Source of the DNA: Polaribacter sp.
Lineage (GTDB): Bacteria; Bacteroidota; Bacteroidia; Flavobacteriales; Flavobacteriaceae
Direction of reading: 5' to 3'
Length of the DNA stretch: 64,000 bases
NCBI GenBank assembly: GCA_047616665.1
Contig: JBLHGY010000002.1
Span: forward strand, 9,319 to 73,318
Below the pieces are notes generated by a model. The model saw only the letters and a program-made list of their open reading frames with translations. It had not been told where the DNA came from and made no database searches. This document shows positions 1-8,868 of the stretch, in pieces; within the stretch, counting starts at the first letter, position 1; every line of letters begins with the position of its first letter. Position numbers and translations under genes: made by a program.

Positions 1-63
1 TAAAATTAAGGCACATTGCATACCCGCAACACCACCACCAATGATTAATACATGAAAATTCAT
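1..63 (-). CDS. N-terminus of FAD/NAD(P)-dependent oxidoreductase (thioredoxin-reductase-like); runs off the left edge
   Basis: Manual translation from ATG at 63: MNFHVLIIGGGVAGMQCALIL, a Rossmann GxGxxG motif; directly downstream of the MarC gene. Confidence 0.8.
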   Translation of the reverse strand, partial: MNFHVLIIGGGVAGMQCALIL

Positions 64-64
64 T

Positions 65-646
65 TTAAAACAGTTCTTTTATATTGGTTGCAAATAATTT
101 AACAGAGATAGCTAATAATATAACACCAAAGATTTTTCTAATGATTAAAATTCCATTCGGACCAATAATTTTTTCAATTTTAGAAGATGTTTTTAAAACA
201 ACATAAATTAAAGCCACGTTTAATAAAACGGCCACAATTATATTTTCTAGATGAAACTCTGAACGTAAGGAAAGTAAGGTTGTTAGACTACCTGGGCCTG
301 CAATTAACGGAAAAGCTAAAGGAAAGACAGTAGCCGTAATTGTAGCCGCATTTTCATCCTCTTTATACAGTGTAATTCCTAAAATCATTTCTAAAGCAAT
401 AAAGAATAAGATGAACGCCCCAGCAACTGCAAAAGAATTTACATCGATACCTATTAAGCTTAATAAACTTTGCCCTAAAAATAGAAACACAATCATAATA
501 GCACCTGCAATTAAAGAGGCTTTTTCAGACTGAATATGCCCTACTTTTTTACGTAAATCTATAATAATAGGGATGTTTCCTATGATATCTATAACAGCAA
601 ATAGAACCATAAAAGCCGTCAGTATTTCTTTAAAGTTGAATTTCAT
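65..646 (-). CDS. MarC family membrane protein
   Basis: Hydrophobic 193 aa with D-x-x-GN, AFPLIAGPG and GVILLAISV MarC-type motifs. Confidence 0.9.
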   Translation of the reverse strand: MKFNFKEILTAFMVLFAVIDIIGNIPIIIDLRKKVGHIQSEKASLIAGAIMIVFLFLGQSLLSLIGIDVNSFAVAGAFILFFIALEMILGITLYKEDENAATITATVFPLAFPLIAGPGSLTTLLSLRSEFHLENIIVAVLLNVALIYVVLKTSSKIEKIIGPNGILIIRKIFGVILLAISVKLFATNIKELF

Positions 647-732
647 GATCTCTTTTTTTAGTTTTACAAAATTAGTTAACGAAGTTTAGCAAAGTGTAAA
701 TTTAAAGTAAATAATTGTCTTATTTTTGCGAC

Positions 733-1302
733 ATGTTTCAATTAGGAAAAACAATAGTTTCAGAAGATATTATAGAAAAAGATTTCGTGTGTAATCTTTC
801 TGCTTGCGGCGGTGCTTGTTGTGTAGACGGCGATGCTGGTGCTCCTTTAGAGGAGGAAGAGGCTAAAATTTTAGAAGATATTTATCCGAAGATAAAGCCT
901 TTTTTAAGAAAAGAAGGAATTGCTGTTATCGAAAAAGAAGGTGTTTGGATTAAAAATGAATGGGGAGAAATCGAAACTCCTTTAATTAACAATGCAGATT
1001 GCGCTTATGTAATTTTCGATGAAAAGAATAAAACCTTGTGCGGTATTGAAGAAGCATATAATTCTGGGGCAATAGATTGGAAAAAGCCAGTTTCTTGCCA
1101 TTTATACCCAATAAGAGTAAAAGATTACAGTGAGTTTTCTGCTGTAAATTACCACAAGTGGGAGATTTGTGATGATGCTTGTACTTTAGGTAAAGAACTA
1201 CAGGTGCCAGTATACAAGTTTGTAAAACAAGCTTTGGTGCGTAAATTTGGCCAAAATTGGTATGATGAATTAGAGAAAGTAGCAGCGAAACATTTAGAAT
1301 AA
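733..1302 (+). CDS. DUF3109 family Cys-rich protein
   Basis: FVCNLSACGGACCVDGDAGAPL and KPVSCHLYPIR motifs; start moved to ATG 733 because the track start overlaps the TATTTTTG -7 promoter at 721-728. Confidence 0.85.
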   Translation: MFQLGKTIVSEDIIEKDFVCNLSACGGACCVDGDAGAPLEEEEAKILEDIYPKIKPFLRKEGIAVIEKEGVWIKNEWGEIETPLINNADCAYVIFDEKNKTLCGIEEAYNSGAIDWKKPVSCHLYPIRVKDYSEFSAVNYHKWEICDDACTLGKELQVPVYKFVKQALVRKFGQNWYDELEKVAAKHLE

Positions 1303-1329
1303 ATTTTATTCCTTTAAAATAAATAAGAC

Positions 1330-1363
1330 AAACAGCATCAAAGAAATTTGATGCTGTTTTTTT
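1330..1363 (+). terminator. Rho-independent terminator
   Basis: AAACAGCATCAAA-GAAA-TTTGATGCTGTTT followed by T-run. Confidence 0.8.
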
Positions 1364-1415
1364 GTGGCATGTTCTTTGGTTTTAAATAGTCTTAACCTTT
1401 AAAAAAAAATGAATT

Positions 1416-2159
1416 ATGAAAAACCTAAAAAAACAACCCACCAAACAACTAGAAAAGTTTTCTAACATCTTTATGCAGTTAGGTCTTGTTCTTGTGCTCT
1501 TTGTCGTTTTTATTTCTTTAGAGCATAAAACAGCGCAGAAAACAGTGGCAGACGAAAATTTAGACTTTAAATCTGAAGTTTATCAGTTTAACCCCAATAC
1601 AGCCGTTGTTTTTAGAAAAGAGCCAAAAATTATCCCAAAACAAGAAACTCCAAAACAGAAACTTGTTTTTTTTGAAAAAATTAAAAAAGGTGACAATCCA
1701 ATAATTGAAACGGTTATTGATATTGATATCGAAGATCTAAAAATATTAGATATTGACAGTTTTGAAGAAGAAAAGGAAGATGAAGAGTTTAAACCAGAAG
1801 ACGCTGTCTCTTTTATAAACATTCAAAACGCACCTGTTTTTAAAGGATGTGAGGGGCTTTCTAAAGCCGAAAATAAAGTGTGTTTCGATAAAAAAATGAA
1901 ACGTTTTGTACAACGTAATTTTGATGCAGGTCTTGCAAATGAGTTGGGTTTAAATGCCGGGAAATACAAAATTAGAACGCAATTTATAATCGATGAGAAA
2001 GGGAATGTTATAGACATAAAAATTAGAGCACCGCATAGACAATTAGAAAAAGAAACTTCAAGGCTTATTAAGAAATTGCCTCAGTTTACACCAGGGCAGC
2101 AACAAAATAGATTTGTAAGAGTCAGGTACACGTTGCCAATAGCTTTTAGTGTAGAGTAA
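1416..2159 (+). CDS. tonB: Energy transducer TonB
   Basis: N-terminal TM anchor, acidic linker, C-terminal TonB_C (APVFKGC...PGQQ...VRVRYTLPIAF). Confidence 0.85.
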   Translation: MKNLKKQPTKQLEKFSNIFMQLGLVLVLFVVFISLEHKTAQKTVADENLDFKSEVYQFNPNTAVVFRKEPKIIPKQETPKQKLVFFEKIKKGDNPIIETVIDIDIEDLKILDIDSFEEEKEDEEFKPEDAVSFINIQNAPVFKGCEGLSKAENKVCFDKKMKRFVQRNFDAGLANELGLNAGKYKIRTQFIIDEKGNVIDIKIRAPHRQLEKETSRLIKKLPQFTPGQQQNRFVRVRYTLPIAFSVE

Positions 2160-2163
2160 AAAG

Positions 2164-2193
2164 AAAAACCCAACCAATTGGTTGGGTTTTTTT
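2164..2193 (+). terminator. Rho-independent terminator
   Basis: AAAACCCAACCAATTGGTTGGGTTTTTTT palindrome with T-tail. Confidence 0.8.
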
Positions 2194-2227
2194 ATAGCTG
2201 CTATTTAGATTTTGTTATTTTTGTAAC

Positions 2228-2974
2228 ATGAAAATAAGTCATTATTTGGATGCAACATATTTAAAAACAGCAATACAAGCTGGTATTACTGAAAAAGAAA
2301 ACTTAGAGAAGGTAGTAGCACTTGCAAAGGAGGCAATTAGCTATGATTATAAGTTAGTTATGATTCGTTCCAATTACATAACAACGGTAAAAAAAATAGT
2401 AAGCATTTCAGGGGCTAAGGTTTTAATTGGAACTGTAATTGATTTCCCTTGTGGAGATTCATCTTTAAAACAAAAAATACAAGAAGCTGAAAAGGCAATT
2501 AAATTAGGTGCAGATGAGTTGGATTTCGTTGTTAATTATAATGCTTTTAAAAAAGGAAATATAGATGTGGTAACAGAAGAAGTAACTCTTTGCATAGCAC
2601 TTTGCCTTAGCCATCAAAAAATTGCAAAATTTATTATAGAAGCTGCAGCCTTATCAAATGAAGAAATAATTGTAATTTCACAACTTGTGAAACATATTGT
2701 TTTAGAAAATTTCGGAGAAGAAAACGCAAAAAATGTATTTGTAAAATCGTCTACAGGATTTTTTAAAACAGAAAGAGAGATTCCAAATGGTGCTACTTTT
2801 GAAAATATAATGTTAATTTCTAAAAATGCGAAACCATTAAAAATTAAAGCTGCAGGTGGTGTAAGAGATTACGAAACAGCTTTGAAAATGATTTCTTTAG
2901 GAGCAGATAGAATTGGAACATCTTCATCAAAAGAAATAATAAATAAAGAACAACACTCAAACCAAAGCTACTAA
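2228..2974 (+). CDS. deoC: Deoxyribose-phosphate aldolase
   Basis: LDATYL, GADELDFV, FVKSSTGF (Schiff-base Lys), KIKAAGGVR, GADRIGTSS. Confidence 0.9.
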   Translation: MKISHYLDATYLKTAIQAGITEKENLEKVVALAKEAISYDYKLVMIRSNYITTVKKIVSISGAKVLIGTVIDFPCGDSSLKQKIQEAEKAIKLGADELDFVVNYNAFKKGNIDVVTEEVTLCIALCLSHQKIAKFIIEAAALSNEEIIVISQLVKHIVLENFGEENAKNVFVKSSTGFFKTEREIPNGATFENIMLISKNAKPLKIKAAGGVRDYETALKMISLGADRIGTSSSKEIINKEQHSNQSY

Positions 2975-2976
2975 TT

Positions 2977-3549
2977 TTGAAAGATTTTTTTGCACACGAA
3001 ACAGCTGTTATAGATACTGATTGTACAATTGGGAAAGATACTAAAATCTGGCATTTTAGTCATATTATGTCTCATTGTGTTATCGGAGAAGGTTGTAATA
3101 TCGGACAAAATGTAGTCATTTCTCCAAAAGTTATTCTTGGACAAAATGTAAAAGTTCAAAACAATATTTCTATTTACAGTGGGGTTGTTTGTGAAGATGA
3201 TGTTTTTTTAGGACCCTCTATGGTTTTTACAAATGTGATAAATCCTAGAAGTGCCATTAAAAGACAAAATGAATACCAAAAAACTATTGTAAAAAAAGGA
3301 GCTACCATTGGTGCTAATGCTACTATTGTTTGTGGTAACAATATTGGTGAATATGCTTTTATTGGCGCTGGTGCAGTGGTTACTAAAGAGATTTTACCTT
3401 TTGCCTTGGTTGTTGGAAACCCTTCGAAGCAAATAGGTTGGGTTAGTGAATATGGCCATCGATTAGAATTTGATCAAAAAGGTTTTGCAATTTGTATAGA
3501 AAGTAACCAAGAATATTTACTAAAAAACAATATTGTTATAAAATTATAA
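2977..3549 (+). CDS. WbpD/WlbB-like hexapeptide-repeat N-acetyltransferase
   Basis: IWHFSH, QNNISIYSGV, FLGPSMVFTNVINPRS; left-handed beta-helix repeats. Confidence 0.85.
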   Translation: MKDFFAHETAVIDTDCTIGKDTKIWHFSHIMSHCVIGEGCNIGQNVVISPKVILGQNVKVQNNISIYSGVVCEDDVFLGPSMVFTNVINPRSAIKRQNEYQKTIVKKGATIGANATIVCGNNIGEYAFIGAGAVVTKEILPFALVVGNPSKQIGWVSEYGHRLEFDQKGFAICIESNQEYLLKNNIVIKL

Positions 3550-3587
3550 TATTTTCTTTTTTAAAAGAAATATGTATTATCTTTGAT

Positions 3588-3665
3588 GTGTAGTTCTTTT
3601 AAAGAATTACACTTTTTCTTTTTCATAGCAATTTTCCCACTCAATTTATTGAGTGGGTTTTTTTT
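3588..3665 (+). ncRNA. Candidate small RNA (promoter, hairpin, single-stranded linker, terminator)
   Basis: TATCTTTG -7 box 3578-3585; hairpin 3588-3612; terminator CCCACTCAAT/ATTGAGTGGG 3636-3657 plus T-run; no + strand ORF inside. Confidence 0.45.
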
Positions 3666-3744
3666 ATTTATTTAACATCAAAAGCTTTAAAAACTATGGT
3701 AAATTCATATTTATCAAATATCTTTGCAAGCTAATTATGGTGAT

Positions 3745-4647
3745 ATGAATACAGCCGTTATTTCAGATAATAAAACATCTATGAAAACTATTATTTCAGA
3801 CTTTAAGCAACTTACTAAAGTTGGCTTGTCTTTAAGTGTTGTGTTTTCTTCTGTCGCAGGTTATTTGTTAGCGGTAGAAACTGTAGATTACTTTATACTA
3901 TTTCTTTTAGCTATTGGTGGTTTTTTCATGGTTGGTGCTTCTAATGCGTTCAATCAAATTATAGAAAAAGATACAGACGCCATTATGAAACGTACGCAGA
4001 ACAGACCTTTACCAACGGGTAGAATGTCTGTAAATGTTGCATTAACGATTGCAATAGTATTTACCGTTTTAGGAATTTCAATCCTATATAGCATCAATCC
4101 TAAGTCGGCATTATTTGGCGCAGTGTCAATATTCCTATATACATGTGTTTACACCCCTTTAAAGGCAGTAACACCCTTAACCGTATTTGTAGGTGCAATT
4201 CCAGGAGCAATTCCTTTTATGCTTGGTTGGGTTGCCGCAACTAATAATTTTGGTATTGAGGCAGGATTTTTGTTTATGATTCAGTTTTTCTGGCAATTTC
4301 CGCACTTTTGGGCAATTGGTTGGTTGCAGTTTGAGGAGTATAAAAAAGCGGGCTTTAATATGTTGCCCATGGGAGCTAAAGATAGAGGTGCTATAAAGCA
4401 AATTATTTTTTATACAGGAATCATGATTTTAGTCTCTATAGCGCCAGTTTTAAAAGTATCTGGGGCGTTTTATATTTATCCAATAACCGCGGTAATTATT
4501 GCACTATTAGGTATTGTAATGCTATATTATGGTGTTAAACTGTATAAAAGTCAAGAAAATATAGATGCGAGAAAATTAATGTTATCAAGTGTCTTGTACA
4601 TTACGGTAGTTCAAATTATATATGTAGTAGATAAATTTTTACATTAA
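3745..4647 (+). CDS. cyoE: Heme o synthase (protoheme IX farnesyltransferase)
   Basis: NQIIEKDTDAIMKRTQNRPLPTGR, YTPLK, WQFPHFWAI; ATG 3745 chosen because the track start lies in the -7 box 3719-3726. Confidence 0.93.
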   Translation: MNTAVISDNKTSMKTIISDFKQLTKVGLSLSVVFSSVAGYLLAVETVDYFILFLLAIGGFFMVGASNAFNQIIEKDTDAIMKRTQNRPLPTGRMSVNVALTIAIVFTVLGISILYSINPKSALFGAVSIFLYTCVYTPLKAVTPLTVFVGAIPGAIPFMLGWVAATNNFGIEAGFLFMIQFFWQFPHFWAIGWLQFEEYKKAGFNMLPMGAKDRGAIKQIIFYTGIMILVSIAPVLKVSGAFYIYPITAVIIALLGIVMLYYGVKLYKSQENIDARKLMLSSVLYITVVQIIYVVDKFLH

Positions 4648-4656
4648 AAAAGGAAG

Positions 4657-5241
4657 ATGGTAGAACAAACATTAGAACAAGAATTAACAGTTGCTAGAAG
4701 AAAATCTGGAAAACCAATGTTGTGGGTTTCTATGATAAGTATGGTAATGTTTTTCGCAGGTTTAACAAGTGCATACGTAATTAGTATGGAAAGAGATGAT
4801 TGGGTAACTTTTGATTTGCCTGATGCTTTTTATACGAGTACTTTTTTAATTGTTGCGAGTAGCATTACAATAATCTTGTCTCAAAGATTTTTGAAGCAAG
4901 AGAAAAGACAGATGTCACTTATATTACTAGTGGTAACTTTATTTTTAGGAATTGGTTTTATCTGGCAACAATACGAAGGCTTTAACGAGCTTAAAGGCTT
5001 AGGCCTGTATTTTACTGGACCAGGAAGTACAGTATCTACATCGTTTATAATTGGCATCACATTAATGCATGTTTTACACCTATTGGCTGGTGTAATTGTG
5101 CTTTTTGTTGTTATTTATAATCATTTTAAATATAAGTACAAACCAAATGATTTGCTGGGGTTTGAACTGGGTGCAATCTTCTGGCATTTTGTAGATATAC
5201 TATGGATTTATCTATTTTTCTTTTTCTATTTTATTAGGTGA
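4657..5241 (+). CDS. Cytochrome c oxidase subunit III-like protein (first of two)
   Basis: MFFAGLTSAY, HVLHLLAG, FWHFVDILW. Confidence 0.9.
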   Translation: MVEQTLEQELTVARRKSGKPMLWVSMISMVMFFAGLTSAYVISMERDDWVTFDLPDAFYTSTFLIVASSITIILSQRFLKQEKRQMSLILLVVTLFLGIGFIWQQYEGFNELKGLGLYFTGPGSTVSTSFIIGITLMHVLHLLAGVIVLFVVIYNHFKYKYKPNDLLGFELGAIFWHFVDILWIYLFFFFYFIR

Positions 5242-5298
5242 TGAAAAATGATTAATTTTGCAAAACTATTTTTAACATTCAATCAATAGAATACATTT

Positions 5299-6279
5299 AT
5301 GGAAGCAAATATTGCTGTACCAACTGACAAAAAAGATATCTGGAATGGCGGAGGTGGGAAACCATTTGGCGCTAGTTATGGTAAAATGATGATGTGGTAT
5401 TTTATCCTATCAGATGCATTAACTTTTTCTGGTTTTTTAGCTGCTTATGGGTTAACACGTTTTAAGTTTATAGACACTTGGCCAATTGCAGATGAGGTTT
5501 TTACGCACGTACCTTTTGTGCATGGAGATTTTCCAATGATTTACGTTGCAATTATGACGTTTATCTTGATTTTTTCTTCTGTAACAATGGTGTTAGCGGT
5601 AGACGCTGGCCATCAAATGAAAAAGAATAAAGTAGCTTGGTATATGTTTGCTACGATTATTGGAGGTATTATTTTTGTAGGCTCACAAGCTTGGGAATGG
5701 AATACTTTTATTAAAGGGTCTTATGGGGCTGTAAAAACAACGGAAGGTAAGCTGTTACAGTTTGTAAAAGATGGTAAACAAATAGCTTTGGCAGATTTTG
5801 TTATTGGTAACAGAACAGACGGTAGAGTTCAGCATACTAAGAAAAACGGATTGTGGTTTGAAGAGGAGGGTACAATTGCTAATTACTCTGTAGCACAAGT
5901 AATTCAAGCGTATAATGCAAACCCTGAAATTCAAGTAAGAACAGAATTAATAGATTTAGACAAGAAACAAAAAACAATTCTTTCTAGAGAAGCAGGTTCT
6001 GCAATGCTAGCAAGAACAGATAGAGTTGTAGAAGGCGCTAATTTAGAGGAAAACGAATATGGTAACACAATTTTTGCAGATGCCTTTTTCTTTATTACTG
6101 GTTTTCATGGTTTTCACGTAGTGTCTGGAATTGCAATTAATATTATTATTTTCTTTAATGTAATCTTAGGAACTTATGAGAAAAGAGGACATTACGAAAT
6201 GGTAGAAAAAGTTGGTTTATACTGGCACTTTGTAGATTTAGTTTGGGTATTTGTATTTACCTTTTTCTACTTAGTATAA
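5299..6279 (+). CDS. Cytochrome c oxidase subunit III-like protein (second, with large soluble insert)
   Basis: SDALTFSGFL, TGFHGFHV, GLYWHFVDLVW. Confidence 0.9.
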   Translation: MEANIAVPTDKKDIWNGGGGKPFGASYGKMMMWYFILSDALTFSGFLAAYGLTRFKFIDTWPIADEVFTHVPFVHGDFPMIYVAIMTFILIFSSVTMVLAVDAGHQMKKNKVAWYMFATIIGGIIFVGSQAWEWNTFIKGSYGAVKTTEGKLLQFVKDGKQIALADFVIGNRTDGRVQHTKKNGLWFEEEGTIANYSVAQVIQAYNANPEIQVRTELIDLDKKQKTILSREAGSAMLARTDRVVEGANLEENEYGNTIFADAFFFITGFHGFHVVSGIAINIIIFFNVILGTYEKRGHYEMVEKVGLYWHFVDLVWVFVFTFFYLV

Positions 6280-6299
6280 CAAAAAAATAAAAAGAAGAA

Positions 6300-6638
6300 A
6301 TGGCACACGCACACGAATCGAACACAAAGAGAATATGGATAGTTTTTGGTATTCTTTCTTTTATAACAATAGTAGAAGTATACTTAGGTATTATTAAACC
6401 TGCAGCCTTGCATTTACAAGGTATGGGTACAAGTTGGTTAAATTGGATTTTCATCATTTTAACACTAGCAAAAGCATACGGAATTGCATGGGTTTTCATG
6501 CACTTAGAAGGAGAGAAGAAATGGCTTAGACGCTCTATTGTGTGGTCTGCCGTCTTTTTAATCTCATATCTCGTCACACTGTTTTTATTTGAAGGAGGCT
6601 ACATATTCGATACATTATCACCACTTGTAAAATGGTAA
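6300..6638 (+). CDS. Cytochrome c oxidase subunit IV family protein
   Basis: Three TM segments, KAYGIAWVFMHL motif, follows the cox3 genes. Confidence 0.85.
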   Translation: MAHAHESNTKRIWIVFGILSFITIVEVYLGIIKPAALHLQGMGTSWLNWIFIILTLAKAYGIAWVFMHLEGEKKWLRRSIVWSAVFLISYLVTLFLFEGGYIFDTLSPLVKW

Positions 6639-6649
6639 TATAAAATTTT

Positions 6650-6676
6650 AAAAGGTGGTCTTAACCACCTTTTTTT
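6650..6676 (+). terminator. Rho-independent terminator
   Basis: AAAAGGTGGT-CTTA-ACCACCTTTTTTT. Confidence 0.75.
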
Positions 6677-6707
6677 ATACATAAAAAATACACACTAAAA
6701 GAGAATT

Positions 6708-7367
6708 ATGAAATTTTTCACTAAAAAAAGAATCGTTTTATTTTTACTATTTATTTTTCCACTGATGTGTTTTTTATTACTGTCAACAGGAATAAACAAC
6801 GCTGCTAAACTACCAATCTATGGCGAGAATACTTTAGATATCTCAATAGTCGATTCAACAAAAACACTAAAAAATAAAGTTTCTTTAATTTGTTTTTTAG
6901 GGGGTGATATTGCTAATAATAAGGGCGGTGTATTTAATTTGAATCAAAATATTTATAAGAAATTCATTGAACATAATGATTTTCAAATTATAGCGATTTA
7001 TCCCAAAGGCACCGACAAAGAAGTCTTAAGCTTTAAAAAAGAACTTGGTGCTTTTACAGATATGGCAAAGTGGAAGTTTACAGCCGGTTCTAGAGAAAAT
7101 ATAAACACATTTTTTGACAGCTTTAAAACGAATACTTCTCTAGATAATTTTTATACTTCTGATGCCTTTATAGTGGATAAAAATGGATATTTAAGGGAGC
7201 GCACAGACGATGAAGAAAAGAAAGAAAGGAAACTAGTTGGGTATGACATGAATTCTGTTGCAGAATTAAAGAAAATAATGAAAGATGATATAAACGTACT
7301 CTATTACGAATATTACGCTGCATTTAAAAATAAAAATAAAGCAGATAGAAAAGAAGTAGGCTTATGA
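6708..7367 (+). CDS. SCO-like thioredoxin-fold membrane protein lacking CxxxC
   Basis: N-terminal TM; KWKF..., FIVDKNGYLR, GYD resemble SCO C-terminus; no CxxxC. Confidence 0.6.
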   Translation: MKFFTKKRIVLFLLFIFPLMCFLLLSTGINNAAKLPIYGENTLDISIVDSTKTLKNKVSLICFLGGDIANNKGGVFNLNQNIYKKFIEHNDFQIIAIYPKGTDKEVLSFKKELGAFTDMAKWKFTAGSRENINTFFDSFKTNTSLDNFYTSDAFIVDKNGYLRERTDDEEKKERKLVGYDMNSVAELKKIMKDDINVLYYEYYAAFKNKNKADRKEVGL

Positions 7368-8038
7368 AAAAGAAGTATTCATATATAGGTATTGCATTTA
7401 TTATTTTATTATTTGGTATTTACACGGTGCCAAAAGTAGTAGATAGGTTTAAAGCAGATACTACGTTAGAATATTTAAAAACGAATGAAGCAAATCCTCA
7501 GAAAAGAAAGGTACCTGAGTTTGAATTTATAAACCAAGAAGGGAAAATAATTACAAATAAAAGTTATGAGGGTAAGGTATATGTAGTAGAGTTTTTCTTT
7601 TCAACATGCCCTAGTATTTGTCCAATAATGAATCAAAAAATGGGTACCATTCAGGATGCTTTTTTTGGCAATCCAAATTTCGGAATTGCTTCAATCTCTA
7701 TTACACCAGAAATAGATACACCAGAAATTTTAAAGGAGTATGCAAAAGCAAATGGAATTACAAATAGAAACTGGCATCTATTAACAGGAAAACCTTACGA
7801 AGCAGTAATTACATTGGCAAAGCAAGGGTTTAAGCTGTATGTAGGAAAAGGCGAGGAGGAACACGGTGGTTTTGAACATTCTGGTTATTTTGCTTTGGTG
7901 GATAAAAACGGATTTATTCGTTCTAGAAAAGATGACAATGGAAACACCATTATTTATTATAACGCTCTAGAAGACAATGGCTTTCCAGATCAAATAAAAG
8001 AAATAAAAGAAGATATTAAAATATTACTGAATGAATAA
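7364..8038 (+). CDS. SCO1/SenC copper chaperone
   Basis: FFFSTCPSICP (CxxxC), HSGYFALVD. Confidence 0.9.
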   Translation: MKKKYSYIGIAFIILLFGIYTVPKVVDRFKADTTLEYLKTNEANPQKRKVPEFEFINQEGKIITNKSYEGKVYVVEFFFSTCPSICPIMNQKMGTIQDAFFGNPNFGIASISITPEIDTPEILKEYAKANGITNRNWHLLTGKPYEAVITLAKQGFKLYVGKGEEEHGGFEHSGYFALVDKNGFIRSRKDDNGNTIIYYNALEDNGFPDQIKEIKEDIKILLNE

Positions 8039-8570
8039 TCTAGCACAAGAAAAAAAGTATAAAAAAATTATTACGGCATTGTCTGTAATAATTCCATTAG
8101 CTGTAGCTGCTTTATTTGGTGTTAATCTAAGAAGTTTGGGGTTTGATGTAGCTCCGTTAAAATTTCTTCCGCCAATCTATGCATCTATAAATGGGCTAAC
8201 CGCAGTGTTATTAATAGCAGCAGTTATCGCTATAAAAAAAGGAAATAAAAAATTACATGAGCAATTAAATACGGCAGCAATCGCTTGTTCTTTATTGTTT
8301 TTATTAATGTACATCGCATATCATATGACTTCAGATTCGACCTCTTTTGGGGGTGAAGGATTTATAAAGTATGTATATTATTTTATTTTAATTACGCACA
8401 TTGTGTTGTCTATTATTGTAATTCCTTTGGTGTTGATTACCTACATGAAGGCAAAACTTGGACTTTTCACCGAGCATAAAAAAATAGCAAAGAAAACCTT
8501 TCCTATTTGGTTATATGTTGCCGTTACTGGCGTTATAGTATATTTAATGATATCTCCTTATTATGTTTAA
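8031..8570 (+). CDS. DUF420 membrane protein (CtaM/YozB-like)
   Basis: Multi-TM, ILITHIVLS, HKKIAK.TFPIWLYVAVTG; oxidase assembly cluster context. Confidence 0.85.
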   Translation: MNNLAQEKKYKKIITALSVIIPLAVAALFGVNLRSLGFDVAPLKFLPPIYASINGLTAVLLIAAVIAIKKGNKKLHEQLNTAAIACSLLFLLMYIAYHMTSDSTSFGGEGFIKYVYYFILITHIVLSIIVIPLVLITYMKAKLGLFTEHKKIAKKTFPIWLYVAVTGVIVYLMISPYYV

Positions 8571-8784
8571 AAACAAAACTCTTCTTATTTTAGCGTTCAT
8601 TTTTTTTACTTCAAAAACTACGTTTTCTCAATGTGCAATGTGTAAGGCGGTTGTAGAAAATGGAGATATTTCGATGGCCGAAGGTGTAAATAGTGGTATT
8701 ACCTACCTTATGGTTTTTCCTTATCTTTTAATTGGCCTTTTATTTTTTACTATTTATCGTTACAATAAGAAGGTAAATAATTAA
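8563..8784 (+). CDS. Small membrane protein with QCAMC motif
   Basis: Signal peptide, SQCAMCKA, GITYLM TM; overlaps the DUF420 stop. Confidence 0.7.
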   Translation: MFKNKTLLILAFIFFTSKTTFSQCAMCKAVVENGDISMAEGVNSGITYLMVFPYLLIGLLFFTIYRYNKKVNN

Positions 8785-8868
8785 CATTTAAATAAGAGTA
8801 AAACCCTGTAACATATTTTATTTTTGTTCGTCTTATCTTTAGTTAACATTATATAAAATTTGTAAATT

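Noticed and set aside
5299-6279. Two cox3 genes and no cox1/cox2 in the window
   Set aside because: A split subunit III with the catalytic subunits encoded separately is, as far as I recall, common in Flavobacteriaceae.
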